Positions 1 to 11,300 of a DNA stretch of 64,000 bases are shown here, in pieces. The notes under the pieces were generated by a model. It saw nothing but the letters and a program-made list of their open reading frames with translations. It did no database searches and was not told where the DNA came from. The stretch is from assembly GCA_040285745.1 (NCBI GenBank), contig JAUFOR010000008.1, forward strand, positions 1,984,001 through 2,048,000, given 5' to 3'. Source of the stretch: Barthelona sp. PCE (lineage: Eukaryota). A program made the translations under genes and the position numbers. Each line of letters opens with the position of its first letter. Position 1 is the stretch's first letter.

Positions 1-634
1 GAAGACTGTTTGCCTTAAATGCATACTTTAAACAACACAACTCATATAGAACACAACCCAAACTCCATATATCACTCTTATCGTTGTACGGTTTGTCCTC
101 ACAAATTTCCGGAGAAAGATAATATGGAGTCCCTATTGAGGTTTTGGCAAAATCACCAGGCTCAAGTACCCGCGAAATTCCAAAGTCTCCAAGTTTGATT
201 ACACCACCTGAGCACACAAATATGTTACTGGTCTTTAAATCTCGATGTAAAATTCTGTTTTCATGCATATGTGCAAGTGCAAGAACAATTTGGATAAAAA
301 CATCCATGATTTGATCTTCAAGCAGGTATCTATTGTTCTTTCGGCGCTTTTTAAGGAGTTTTGAAAGATCTCCAGAATCTGCAAAGTCCATAACAATAAC
401 AAAGTCTGCCTCATTTTCATCAAAGAACGATTCGTAAAAGGAGATAATGTTTGGGTGGTCAAAGCGGCTAATGACCTCAACTTCGTTGAGAACTGCAGCC
501 AATTCATCATCACTCATTCCATCCGTGCAAATTTTTTTTAAGCAAACGTATCTCTTAGATTTTAGGTCCCTAGCAAGCATGATGAGCCCGTATGCCCCCT
601 GGCCGAGTATCCTTATCTCTTCAAAGTTATCCAT
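1..634 (-). CDS. NEK-family (NIMA-related) Ser/Thr kinase, 5' part; runs off the window start
   Basis: Manual translation from ATG 634 (missing from the ORF track): MDNFEEIRILGQGAYG..VCLKKI..HPNII..HRDLKTSNIF..KLGDFGISRVL..GTPYYLSPEICEDKPYNDKSDIWSLGC. Confidence 0.93.
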   Translation of the reverse strand, partial: MDNFEEIRILGQGAYGLIMLARDLKSKRYVCLKKICTDGMSDDELAAVLNEVEVISRFDHPNIISFYESFFDENEADFVIVMDFADSGDLSKLLKKRRKNNRYLLEDQIMDVFIQIVLALAHMHENRILHRDLKTSNIFVCSGGVIKLGDFGISRVLEPGDFAKTSIGTPYYLSPEICEDKPYNDKSDIWSLGCVLYELCCLKYAFKANSL

Positions 635-914
635 TGTCTGAAAGGAGTGAGATTAGTAAAACACTTTTAGTTTAGCGAACAAATGATATATTATTGAGTG
701 TCTATACCAGTAAACATTCTGTAAAAGCGATGTATGAAAAAGGCTTTTGCGTTAAAATGCTTTGGGACTTGCCTGTTTAGTATGTTTTTCTAATTTCATT
801 TTTTATGGGAAAATTGATGTCTTATAATGTTTTTTGTATCTCATCTCGTTTTACCCGTACAGTTGGTTCTAAATCTGCTTTAAAATATTTCTTTCCTTAC
901 AAACTTACTTACAT

Positions 915-2108
915 ATGTTCAAGCCGGGGAACACACCTGCAAGTGGGCTTTCAGGGGTTCGAAACAATGGAAAGTTTGGAAATCCAAGTTTTATTCAAAA
1001 TAGAAATTTAGCAATCCCTTTAAGTGATACTCTACCTAACGCACTCACCAGCCCTTCGGAATCAAAAGTTAAGAACCCTTTTGTAGGAGATAGCTTTGAG
1101 GAATTGCCTAGTCCCAAGAATGAATCTGATATTATTGTTGAGGACCTTGAAGATGAAAGAATGCGTCAAAACCTGGATGCACGCAAAAAGCGTCGGTTGG
1201 GGGTAAGTTTTGGTACACCAAAAGTACAGTACAGTGTAGCTAATTGTTCATCTCCAAGCCGTTTTCATGTACCAGAGCCTGAAGACAGAGATGGACTTCG
1301 CATATTCATGAATAGTGTTGTTCCAGAGGGTGTAACCTTCCGTTGCACCATCATCCGAGAAAAAAAGGGATTTATCAAAACTAAGAACACTTTTTTTCTT
1401 TACTCTGAGATGACAAAGAGTTTTCTTTGTGGTGCACAAGAACGTAGTGGCCAGACATCCACGAACATAGTGTTTTCTGTTGACAAGCAAGATATTTCTA
1501 GAGATAGCGAATATTTTCTTGGGAAATTACGTCGTCATCTTTTTTCCAAAAATTTTGTCTTATATGATGATGGAGAAAACCCTGAAACTATGAGAAAGGT
1601 TCATGCTAAGCTTCGAAAATCACCACAAGAGATTCATAATATAATCGAAGCCGAAGCGAGAACAGAGCTTGGTTTATTTTGTTATACACGTTCAGCCAAT
1701 AAGGGCATAATGTCAAGCCCAGAACCTGTTGCAAATGAGATATTCCTCCCCAATAGTAGATTGTTTAGACCTACCCATGATATAACTGATGAGTCCATGG
1801 GTCAAAGTTTATATCAATTTTGGGATGACAGAAAGAACGGTAGACAAGTGAACGAATCGCAATGTATGCATTTTGTCACCCGCGAACCCATCTGGAATGC
1901 TGAATATCATGCTTTTTCTCTTGATTTTAAAGGAAGAGTTAGTGAAGGAAGTGTTAAAAATTTTCAATTGGTTAGTGCCAATAATCCGACTGGTAACAGT
2001 ATTTTACAGTTCGGAAAGACGTCTTCGGATTCATTTGTTCTTGATTTCGGATATCCTTTTACACCTATGCAAGCATTTGGATTAGCCACCAGTGTATTTT
2101 ATGTATAG
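915..2108 (+). CDS. Tubby-like protein
   Basis: C-terminal Tub domain motifs: P.WN..LDFKGRVSEGSVKNFQLV, LQFGK..D.F.LDF.YPFTP.QAF. Confidence 0.9.
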   Translation: MFKPGNTPASGLSGVRNNGKFGNPSFIQNRNLAIPLSDTLPNALTSPSESKVKNPFVGDSFEELPSPKNESDIIVEDLEDERMRQNLDARKKRRLGVSFGTPKVQYSVANCSSPSRFHVPEPEDRDGLRIFMNSVVPEGVTFRCTIIREKKGFIKTKNTFFLYSEMTKSFLCGAQERSGQTSTNIVFSVDKQDISRDSEYFLGKLRRHLFSKNFVLYDDGENPETMRKVHAKLRKSPQEIHNIIEAEARTELGLFCYTRSANKGIMSSPEPVANEIFLPNSRLFRPTHDITDESMGQSLYQFWDDRKNGRQVNESQCMHFVTREPIWNAEYHAFSLDFKGRVSEGSVKNFQLVSANNPTGNSILQFGKTSSDSFVLDFGYPFTPMQAFGLATSVFYV

Positions 2109-2115
2109 TGGTATT

Positions 2116-2772
2116 TTATATATATAGAACAATAACAGCAACAACTGCGACAACAGCAAATAAAAGAATTGATATTAAAAAGCATAAACTCGAGTTAAAT
2201 GTCTTCTTATGAATTTCATCTGCATCAACCAGTTGTTTGTTACCTCTCTTTAAAGTTTGATGTACTTCTGTCACCGTGTCTTCGATGCTTATGATGAGTT
2301 CATCATGCTGTTTAATGTGTTGTGCAACATCATTCATGGCATCCTGTGTTGTTCCCAAATCCTTAACAAAATCGGTAATTTGCTCATTACGAGATTTAAC
2401 CATGGCAGCAACCTGTTCAGCTTCGTTGTGAATGTAAGTCTTTTGACGATGTTGATGTGTGGATGAACGCAAAGCGTTTGTGTGTGCTACAACTGTGCTA
2501 TTGGTTTTGTTCTGGCTCAGTATCTGTTGGCAACGAGACAAAGTCTCCTGATCTGCCCGGAACTTACGTTCCTGTTCATTAAAGTCTGACATAGATAAAA
2601 CAAGTTGGCTCTTGTTTGTTTCAATAGTTTGGTGAATCTCACGACTGACATTTTCGCACCTCTGTGCTAATTTGATAGCCCTTTGTAATGTTCGAGCATT
2701 TAAACTACTGCAAAACTGATTCAAAGTGTGAACAAGCTCTGATAATGATTGTATGTCCTGGATGATACTCAT
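2116..2772 (-). CDS. Syntaxin-like t-SNARE, tail-anchored
   Basis: Coiled SNARE-like segment (DVAQHIKQHDELIISIEDTV..LKRGNKQL) followed by a C-terminal hydrophobic anchor; first ATG at 2772. Confidence 0.7.
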   Translation of the reverse strand: MSIIQDIQSLSELVHTLNQFCSSLNARTLQRAIKLAQRCENVSREIHQTIETNKSQLVLSMSDFNEQERKFRADQETLSRCQQILSQNKTNSTVVAHTNALRSSTHQHRQKTYIHNEAEQVAAMVKSRNEQITDFVKDLGTTQDAMNDVAQHIKQHDELIISIEDTVTEVHQTLKRGNKQLVDADEIHKKTFNSSLCFLISILLFAVVAVVAVIVLYI

Positions 2773-2854
2773 GCTTACAGTTTCTCCCTTAAGGTAAAGA
2801 ATGAAAAGGTGCAAAATAATACTTACAAGAACATTAGTTTATTTAGGATGCTTT

Positions 2855-4378
2855 TTAGCTACAAAGAGTCAAAATAGGTTTCTTTGTGGCACGTACATCA
2901 TCAGCACGTTTAATGGGGGCATGCATAGGAGCTTTATGTAATTCTTCAGGATTATTCTTAATCGTGTCGATAATCTCCTTCATTGCATCAACATATGTGT
3001 CAAGGGCTGCCTTTGTTTCAGTCTCAGTGGGTTCAGTTAACATAGCACCTGAGACGACTAACGGGAAATAGACAGTGGGGGGATGGAAACCCTTGTCAAT
3101 GAGAGTTTTTGCAACGTCCATAGTTGTAACACCTGTTCCTTCAAGCCATTTGTCAGAAAAGACGCATTCATGCATACAGTCTTCTTCAGGGAGTGCGGGT
3201 GTAATACCTATCTCTTCAAGTTTGCGCATAAGATAATTGGCGTTAAGAACTGCATCACCGGATACCAGACGCATACCTTCACCACCCATAGCCATAACGT
3301 AGGCGAGGGAACGAAGAATAACACCAAACTGACCAACAAATTGCTTACAACGACCACATGATATATCATTAAGGCCTTCGTTAATAGTGAAGGAACCATC
3401 AGGTCCCTTGACAACGTCTGTGATTGGTGCATGTTGTGCCAACCTGTGAGAGAAGACGACAGGACCAGAACCAGAACCACCACCGCCGTGAGGTGCAGCG
3501 AAGGTCTTATGAAGGTTGATATGCATAGCATCAGCACCAAGGTCGCTTACCTTGACTCTTCCGAGAAGAGCGTTGAGGTTAGCACCATCCATATACATGT
3601 AAGCACCACCATCATGAATAATATCAGCAATCTCCTTACAATTAGTCTCGAAAAGACCGAGTGTTGATGGATTGGTAAGCATGAAACCGGCAACAGTATC
3701 GTCCATCTTAGCGCGCAGATCGTCAAGATCAACACGGCCATCAGGAAGACCCTTTACCACCTTTACCACATATCCAACTTGAGCAGCAGATGCAGGGTTT
3801 GTTCCGTGTGCAGAATCGGGTACGAGCATGATTCTACGCTTCTTATCTTCACCGCTCATCTTATGAGCTTGTTTGATAGCCATGAGACCAACGTGTTCAC
3901 CGTGAGCTCCTGCTGCAGGAGCCATGGTGATAGAGTTCATACCAGTGATATCAATGAGCATTTCTCCCAGGGTATGAATTGCTTCAAGAGCACCTTGAAC
4001 GGTTTGTACAGGTTGAAGGGGATGAACTTCAGCGAAACCGGGCATGCGAGCAACCTTTTCACAATTGACAGGATTGTACTTCATTGTGCATGATCCTAAT
4101 GGATAAAGAGCAGAGTCAAGCGCGTAGTTCAAACGGCTAAGACGATGGTAGTGCCTTTTAACTCGTGGTTCAGGAATTGAAGGTAAGCCCACTTCTCCCC
4201 TGTTTAGATTGCCCAGCATATCTGTGTCGAACTGAGGAAATTCAGGAATACGAACAGCACCCAGACCAGGTTGATCAATCTCAAAAGTTAAGTTTTCTTC
4301 GATATTGAGACCTTTGGTGCGGTTAGAAAGGGCACGTGTCACGTTGGCAGTGATATTAAACGCAGACTTTGGTTGCAT
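2855..4378 (-). CDS. gcvPB: Glycine cleavage system P protein subunit 2 (glycine dehydrogenase beta chain)
   Basis: YPLGSCTMKYNP, AGAHGE, PDSAHGTNPASA, DGANLNA, PLP-lysine motif HINLHKTF..PHGGGG, EPTETE; 507 aa, the size of the split P2 subunit. Confidence 0.95.
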   Translation of the reverse strand: MQPKSAFNITANVTRALSNRTKGLNIEENLTFEIDQPGLGAVRIPEFPQFDTDMLGNLNRGEVGLPSIPEPRVKRHYHRLSRLNYALDSALYPLGSCTMKYNPVNCEKVARMPGFAEVHPLQPVQTVQGALEAIHTLGEMLIDITGMNSITMAPAAGAHGEHVGLMAIKQAHKMSGEDKKRRIMLVPDSAHGTNPASAAQVGYVVKVVKGLPDGRVDLDDLRAKMDDTVAGFMLTNPSTLGLFETNCKEIADIIHDGGAYMYMDGANLNALLGRVKVSDLGADAMHINLHKTFAAPHGGGGSGSGPVVFSHRLAQHAPITDVVKGPDGSFTINEGLNDISCGRCKQFVGQFGVILRSLAYVMAMGGEGMRLVSGDAVLNANYLMRKLEEIGITPALPEEDCMHECVFSDKWLEGTGVTTMDVAKTLIDKGFHPPTVYFPLVVSGAMLTEPTETETKAALDTYVDAMKEIIDTIKNNPEELHKAPMHAPIKRADDVRATKKPILTLCS

Positions 4379-4944
4379 GGTTTGATAAGGGAAAGATAAC
4401 CTTTAACATTTGAATTTTAAATCTAGAAACATAATGACCGAAATAAATCGGAGCCTTATTGGCATATATGTTGTTTAAATAAGCATACTTTGTATTGATA
4501 TACGATTTCCAAGTGGTTCTTCTTTTGTGAGGTATTGACCGCAATGTTACTTTGCAGGAAAGGACTATATATAGTATAGCTCTTGTGAACAATGAATAAA
4601 ATAGTTTTACAGGTGAACGAAGCAGTTTGTCAAATAAGCAGGGAAACTTTTTGTTTTCGTACCATATTGAACATGGGCTTTGTGAATTGTACAACAGAAG
4701 TCTTTGGAGCAATACTGTCCCAAAATATGATAATGAACGTTTTTTTTTGTAATTCATCAGTTTAGCAAAGAAAGACCTTTTTCATACCTAATTTAGGGAT
4801 TTTCAGTTTTGTTCAGCCTGTTAACCATGACCAACAATGTAAATTTCTACTGCAACAATATTTTTTTTTCATTGTTGTTGTTTTATCAAATATATCCTAT
4901 TTCTACACAGGTCAACGTTTTTCGGTTATACTATCATAATCTCA

Positions 4945-5868
4945 ATGTCAACAATGGATTTATCGAACATGGTGTTCCCTTTATCGGACGATGATGCGTC
5001 CAAGCTTCTTCAGAAGCTACTTCTCAGCAGTTGGTGCATGAGAGCAGAAAGCTGCAGTACATGTCCTTATCCTCTCATGGGACATCCTAAAAGAAAGCAA
5101 GAACTTTGGTGTGTTAAGTGTGGCTCTATCTATAGAGCTTGTGTTATCGATGACCAACCTGCTTTGGAGGTTATCCGCGACGGTCAAACATTTGAGTTTG
5201 TTAAACCTGATCCCGAACAACTCAAGAAGGAACAAATAGAGGCTGAGCGTAAGAAAGAAGAGGAAGAAAACGAACGACTCTTGAATGAAGGTAAGAAACA
5301 TGCACAGTTTGAAGTCAGTGACAACGTTATCAATCCTCACACTGAGAATAGTGAGATGATGCGCTCCATTGAGCATTATAAGCGTGAAGTTGCTAAGCAA
5401 GAAGCTCATGACAAAGAGGTTGCTGCCAAACAAGTTGCTCGTGAAACAGTTCAAAAGCCACAACCTGAACCTACCAGTGACTTTGAGGAAGCTGATATTA
5501 TTGATACTGATACAGACGATAGTTATGATCCCACTATTGTTAAGCCCAAGACAAGACCTGCCGTCCGCCGCCGTAGAGGTAGAGCTAACCGCCGTAACAG
5601 ACGTAAAATGCCTCAACAACCTATTGCTTTTACTGAAATTCCCCCAGTTCAACCTCTCCACTTTCCAAGTGTTCGTCCTTCTATTGAACCACCTATCGAG
5701 CCAATTCAGCCTCAGGTAGTCATGCCATTGCCCTCATTTGATACTTTAAGCCAGATGCGTTATGAATATCTCGTAACCAGTTATCAACAGTGTTTAAATC
5801 AGCCTTGTTTTATTGAAAATCTTGAGCTCATGGATAAGATTGAGGACATGCTTGCCAAACCATGGTAA
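4945..5868 (+). CDS. Protein with N-terminal SSSCA1/Auto_anti-p27-like zinc ribbon
   Basis: LLLSSWCMRAESCSTCPYPLM...LWCVKC matches the family pattern LL.GW.M....C..C..PLM...CV.C; charged/Pro-rich remainder. Confidence 0.65.
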   Translation: MSTMDLSNMVFPLSDDDASKLLQKLLLSSWCMRAESCSTCPYPLMGHPKRKQELWCVKCGSIYRACVIDDQPALEVIRDGQTFEFVKPDPEQLKKEQIEAERKKEEEENERLLNEGKKHAQFEVSDNVINPHTENSEMMRSIEHYKREVAKQEAHDKEVAAKQVARETVQKPQPEPTSDFEEADIIDTDTDDSYDPTIVKPKTRPAVRRRRGRANRRNRRKMPQQPIAFTEIPPVQPLHFPSVRPSIEPPIEPIQPQVVMPLPSFDTLSQMRYEYLVTSYQQCLNQPCFIENLELMDKIEDMLAKPW

Positions 5869-5926
5869 TTTATTATTAATTAATCAAGGTTGTAATTTGT
5901 TTATTTGTTTATTTTGTAAATAAAAA

Positions 5927-7735
5927 CTATACTCTGCTCATCATATTCTTTGCAACAGCATCAAAATATGGATCTTCTTCATCGTCCTCCTCAAAAAACA
6001 TATCAAAAATTCCTTCATACTCTTTTGAATTGATAAAACGCATTGCTTTCATTTGCAATAATAGTAGCAATACCTTAAATCGTTTCAATAGAACTAAATC
6101 AAGTATAAATTCACTTTGTGTTGCAAAATTCATTAATCGCTCTAATATTATATCGTATATACTACTTACTGTTTCTTCTTGAATAATTGCATGCAAATTT
6201 GACTTTAACATCTTTGGCGGATTTAAGCATATGAACTGAAATAACTGATTAAATGCCTTGAGCCTTAATCTTGATGAATAAAAGTGTCGTTTAAGTGTAG
6301 AACTTACATTCCTCTTATACATTGGAATACATCTTGAAATTGTTTTGTCATGAATATCAATGTCTAATACACAATGATTTCCCTTATTAAAATAGGAATA
6401 TCCTTGATATAAGCCGATTTGATACAGTAAAACAGTCTTCTTCTTGTGCATTGGTGCGAAAAGGTTCAACACCTGACTCAAATGATCACTGGACGGATAT
6501 AATGGGCTCTGTGAGATGGTATATACACCCGCGATGATGTATTTGTGCAACTGACAAATGAGATTAAGATGAGCCAGTTGGTCAACAGCAAGATGAAAGA
6601 ATGACGGTTGACTGAGACATGGCACAATCATTTCAACACGAACAACGTTTCCTTCACGTGTACCGAGTAAGAAACCTGTTGCGTCAATCATCAGACTACA
6701 ATGAAGCTCCATCATACACGCGACATCACCTGATATGTACGCATGCGTAACCTTGTTGCCTTGAATAGAAGGAACTGTGTACTGTGGGAAGAAAAGCGGA
6801 TTAAGGTATCCCGAAAGAGGTATGTCAAATGATGATCTGATCAGTTTAGGATGAATCACTGGATGCTTAAAGTTCTTCATGTGTAATTCCTCACCATGTA
6901 ATGGCACACATCCCTCTGTGTTCTTTAATACTGTCTGACCATGATTAACATAACCGCAGAATTCTTGATACAAAAATGTGCTATTGATGGAAACATTACC
7001 CACAGAACGCTGAAGCCGTGGCTCATGCATTGTTCTGGGTTGTAAATGTGCGTATAGATAATAGCCGATTGATGTTGGTACAAAAACATTTCCACTAAGC
7101 ATCATTAAAAATGTATTTGTAACCTCAGACACGGCCCAAGAATCAGCGTCTAAACTTAAATAGAATCTTCGGGAGAAGTTTTTGACCTGTAACGCTGAAC
7201 GTGTACCTACAAATGCTGAGATATCCTTCCAAGCTCCTTTTCCATACTTGATGAGTGCATTGGAAAAACGTATTTTTTCACTTTCTGTCCATGCCATGTT
7301 GTGTGATGCGTTCTTATCACCAACTACAATGCCACCCTGGAACTTTTGAAGATGTGATCTAACTTGCCACACTTCTCTAGTACCCAAATATTGTGCAATG
7401 AGTCTGGGATCTGTTCCATATACATTAATAGCAGTTGAGAAACGGCGCTCTTCGTTCAATCGCCACGGTCGACGTTGTTTAGTCTTAGTACGCTTCTTTT
7501 TTTTGCTTTTGGAAGTTGGCATTCTTTGTTTTGGTAAGAAGCCATAAGTCTCTATTAGATGCGGTTCGAGCAAAGGAAAGATACCAGTACGTGGTTTAAC
7601 AGGTGAATAGTCATCTTTTGTGGCATATTTGTTGTTAATGCATCTCATGTGATAAGGAGTGTGATATCCCCTTGGATTTAACACGTTTAAGTGGATTTCT
7701 GGCTGCTCCTCCTCAGCAGTGAGCATTATTTCCAT
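5927..7735 (-). CDS. MYSM1-like Myb/SANT x2 + SWIRM-like + degenerate MPN protein
   Basis: Two Myb repeats (..GTREVWQVRSHLQKF; WTESEK.RF..AL.KYG..W..IS..VGTRS..QVK), SWIRM-end-like FLYQEFCGYVNHG, MPN-like MMELHCSL..ATGFLLG..VRVEMIVPC. Confidence 0.65.
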   Translation of the reverse strand: MEIMLTAEEEQPEIHLNVLNPRGYHTPYHMRCINNKYATKDDYSPVKPRTGIFPLLEPHLIETYGFLPKQRMPTSKSKKKKRTKTKQRRPWRLNEERRFSTAINVYGTDPRLIAQYLGTREVWQVRSHLQKFQGGIVVGDKNASHNMAWTESEKIRFSNALIKYGKGAWKDISAFVGTRSALQVKNFSRRFYLSLDADSWAVSEVTNTFLMMLSGNVFVPTSIGYYLYAHLQPRTMHEPRLQRSVGNVSINSTFLYQEFCGYVNHGQTVLKNTEGCVPLHGEELHMKNFKHPVIHPKLIRSSFDIPLSGYLNPLFFPQYTVPSIQGNKVTHAYISGDVACMMELHCSLMIDATGFLLGTREGNVVRVEMIVPCLSQPSFFHLAVDQLAHLNLICQLHKYIIAGVYTISQSPLYPSSDHLSQVLNLFAPMHKKKTVLLYQIGLYQGYSYFNKGNHCVLDIDIHDKTISRCIPMYKRNVSSTLKRHFYSSRLRLKAFNQLFQFICLNPPKMLKSNLHAIIQEETVSSIYDIILERLMNFATQSEFILDLVLLKRFKVLLLLLQMKAMRFINSKEYEGIFDMFFEEDDEEDPYFDAVAKNMMSRV

Positions 7736-8391
7736 GTATCAGTCAAGATCTTATAAATTAGATTGTGAAATGGGAAATTATACTGATAACAAACGTTTTG
7801 ATTTATTTACACGCCGGATACGCACGTAAATGCCGTATGATGTGCTTGAATTGTGTGAAATATGTTTCTAGAAAGGAGAATTTCATTGCACTTTATGTTC
7901 AATGGATAAGGAAGTATTAACTTGAAAATGAACTCAATGTATCTCATTTATGCTATTTGATACATATGTTTTAAAATCTGACGTGCCAACGTTGTAAAAA
8001 CAGTTTGACGGATAACCAATGACATAGAGCAGTTTGTATACAGGTTACTATTGGTCTATATTATGTATGTGGTGAAATTCAGGTTGCAAAGTTGAGAACA
8101 TGTGTAGCTGAATATATAAAACGTTTTGAGTTCTGTAGCATAATATTCATAATTTAGTATGTTAACGAAGGATGATATGTGTGAAAAGGGCAATTTGCAA
8201 CCCATTTATGTGTTTATACGCCTTACAAAATTACCTGCTTTCATATATTTCGAAACTTTAAGTATTAGAACATTTGACATGTGGTGTAAGCCATCCTTTC
8301 AGAATACAAACCTTTGAATAAAGAAAAACTCAAAAAAATGGAAATAACGTTGGTTTAATATTTTATTTCCTTTTCAAACCATACTCTTCAA

Positions 8392-11300
8392 ATGAACGTT
8401 GCAGATGCAACCGCAGAGTATGATTTTCTCGGCAACCAACTGGTATCAACATCGTGTCTCGGGGCTGCAAAAAAGTATTTCAACTTTACATACTTTAACT
8501 CCATTCAGAGCGCTTGTTACAACACATTGCTCTACTGCAACGACAACATGGTCATATCCAGTCCTACTGCAACAGGAAAGACCACTCTATTCGAACTTGC
8601 CATTATCAAGAACATGGATCAACAGAAAAGTAATAAGACTATTTATATTAGTCCATTAAAGGCTCTGTGCTATGAAGTCTACCAGAACTGGAAACAGAAG
8701 TTCAATGGCCTCAATGTTATGCTTTTAACAAGTGACAAGGATAAAATAACGCAGACTGATGTTCAACAGAGTGATATTTTCATAACAACACCTGAGAAAC
8801 TTGATAGCCTCACTCGTCACGAAACTAGCTATAGCGCCTTTAAACTTAGTGACATGAAATTGGGTCTTGTCTGCATTGATGAGATTCACATTCTCGGTGA
8901 TAGAAGAGGAGCAATTTTGGAGATACTAGTAACCCGTATGAAGATGAGAAGGGTCCAGCCGCGGTTCATCGCAGTCTCTGCAACCATCCCAAATATACAA
9001 GACGTTGGTTTATGGTTGAACTGCAGTTCCAGCAATATCCTTCACTTTGGAAAGGAGCATCGTCCAGTCAAGCTTACCCACGTAGTGCACTCTGCACAGA
9101 TGCGTGACGAGGACAACATATTCCAGTTCAATAACTTCTTGAGATATCGTGTTCCAAACATAGTTGAGAAGTACAGCAACGGAAGCCCTACACTCATATT
9201 TTGCTCCGTGCGGAAGGAGACTACAAGCCTAGCCAATTTTCTGATGGAAAAATTGTCTCGTAACGGTCTTGATCGTCCTACACTTAACAGGATCGCTTCC
9301 GATATTAATGATGTTTCACTAGCAGACCTTGTTCGCAGTGGAATAGCATTCCATCATGGCGGGCTGAACTATCAGACGCGATCCGTTATCGAAGATGCGT
9401 TCCGTCAGGGGAAGATTAAGGTACTGTGCGCTACGTCAACTCTTGCTGTTGGGATAAATATGCCAGCACATCTCGTTATTATCAAGGGCACGTGGAAGTA
9501 CGACTCTCATAGCGGGCAGTACGTTCCACTCAGTTATTTGGAAATAGAGCAGATGTGTGGTCGTGCTGGTCGCCCTCAATATGACCAAAGTGCCACAGCC
9601 GTTATTATGACGAGCGATAGACTTGCCCCACAATACGAGCGAATGAGTCTCGGCCGTCAACCCATTGAGAGTCACTTGCTTGATCAGAGCATTAGTACTT
9701 TCATAAATGCAGAGATTGATAATAACTACATTAAGCATGTCCAGGATGCGCTTGACTGGATCAGCTCATCATACCTTTACGTTCGCATGCAAACGAACCC
9801 TTACTCCCTACATACTATTAACAAACCTGAAAAGAAGGTGGATTTGATCGAGGTTGTACATGAGGCTCTGAGCAAACTTGAGAAGATCGACGCAATTGTT
9901 ATTGATGATGGCACTATCCTCCCAACCAAGCTCAGCAACATTATTTCGCGTCATAAGCTTGATGTCGAGTATGTATCAGTGGCAATCCAAAAGTTTGAAA
10001 AGGAGATTGTCCAAACTACTCTCAACGTACCTGCAGCGATGAAGAGCAAGGTGTCACTTGATGCTGTGTACAGCGCCTTACAATTGTACACTGAGTCTCA
10101 GGAGTTTGAACTTCGTTTCAACTTACGTCGCCGTCAGAAGAGTATCTTGAATAAGCTCAATGGAGGCAGAAACAAGCGTAAGAAGGACCGAAACGAGAGT
10201 ACCATCCGTCACCCATATCCAGGCCCCGTTACAACAACATCGACCAAAATTGCAGTACTGTTACAGGCAATGTTTGACGAGAAGCTGCGCTATGTCGACC
10301 ACGACCTGAAGCAACAGGCCATTGCTCTACAGAGATTGCTTTCCGGCTACTACATTGGTCTTTGTAAGACTGTCATATATATGTTCCAGAAGCGTCGCGA
10401 TTTCACCAACATGAATCACATACTCGCATTGATTCGAGCCACACAGTCTATTAATGGGCGTATTTGGTTTGATGAACACGCAGTGTTACTACAGTTTGAT
10501 GGTATTGGTTCACAAAAGGCTAGAACTCTGAGTCAGAGTGGTATCTCAACAATTCAACAATTGAGAGACCATGTAACTCGCTCTTTAATTCAAAAAATCA
10601 GTGGATTCGGGCCCAGTATTGTCAATAAGCTCGGTGTGCAGTTGTCAAGCGTACCACAGTTGACAGTTGACGTTAGTGCTAGCAGCTCATGTGATATTAT
10701 CATCAAGGTCACAAAGGAGAGGCACGTGCCTCCCCAATTACACCGTTCTAACATTCAGAAGTACACCTATAATGGATGTGTCGTTGCCTCCATTGGTGCA
10801 CACGTCATCACTCTTCAACACATTCTTCTAACACCACGAGGGCAGTCATTCACTGTTAGTGTTCCGTTAGCTGCAGCCGTTAAGCATGCTACCATGGACG
10901 ACAAGTGGGACAGTGACACTGTTGTTGTTGATATTGGTGTATACATACTTGAGGTTCTGGGTATTGATGTACATATTCAACATATTCAAACCATTGAGGG
11001 GGTTGAACACGTGTCCAGATCAACTATTCCACGTCCTGTGCTCATAGAGTCCGACTCAGATTTTGAGCTCTCTCCAACTATTCCCAATCTCAAGATTAAT
11101 GCTTCCGGTTTAACGTTCAGCACAGATAGTGAGGATGAGACGAGCGTTCATGTTGAACCTCCAAAACAAATTCATGAGGAAAAAAATGTCAAAAACGTTC
11201 CTTCCAAGAAGAAAAAAGTTAAGCAGTACAAGCTTACTGATTTACCCATCGTTAAGAAGGGCAGTCGAGACTACCCTATCCACCGTGGCCCCGGCGAAAC

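Noticed and set aside
4356-4994. Short AT-rich ORFs in intergenic regions (also 21342-21981, 56973-57494, 62986-63261)
   Set aside because: No motifs, atypical composition, and located in promoter regions
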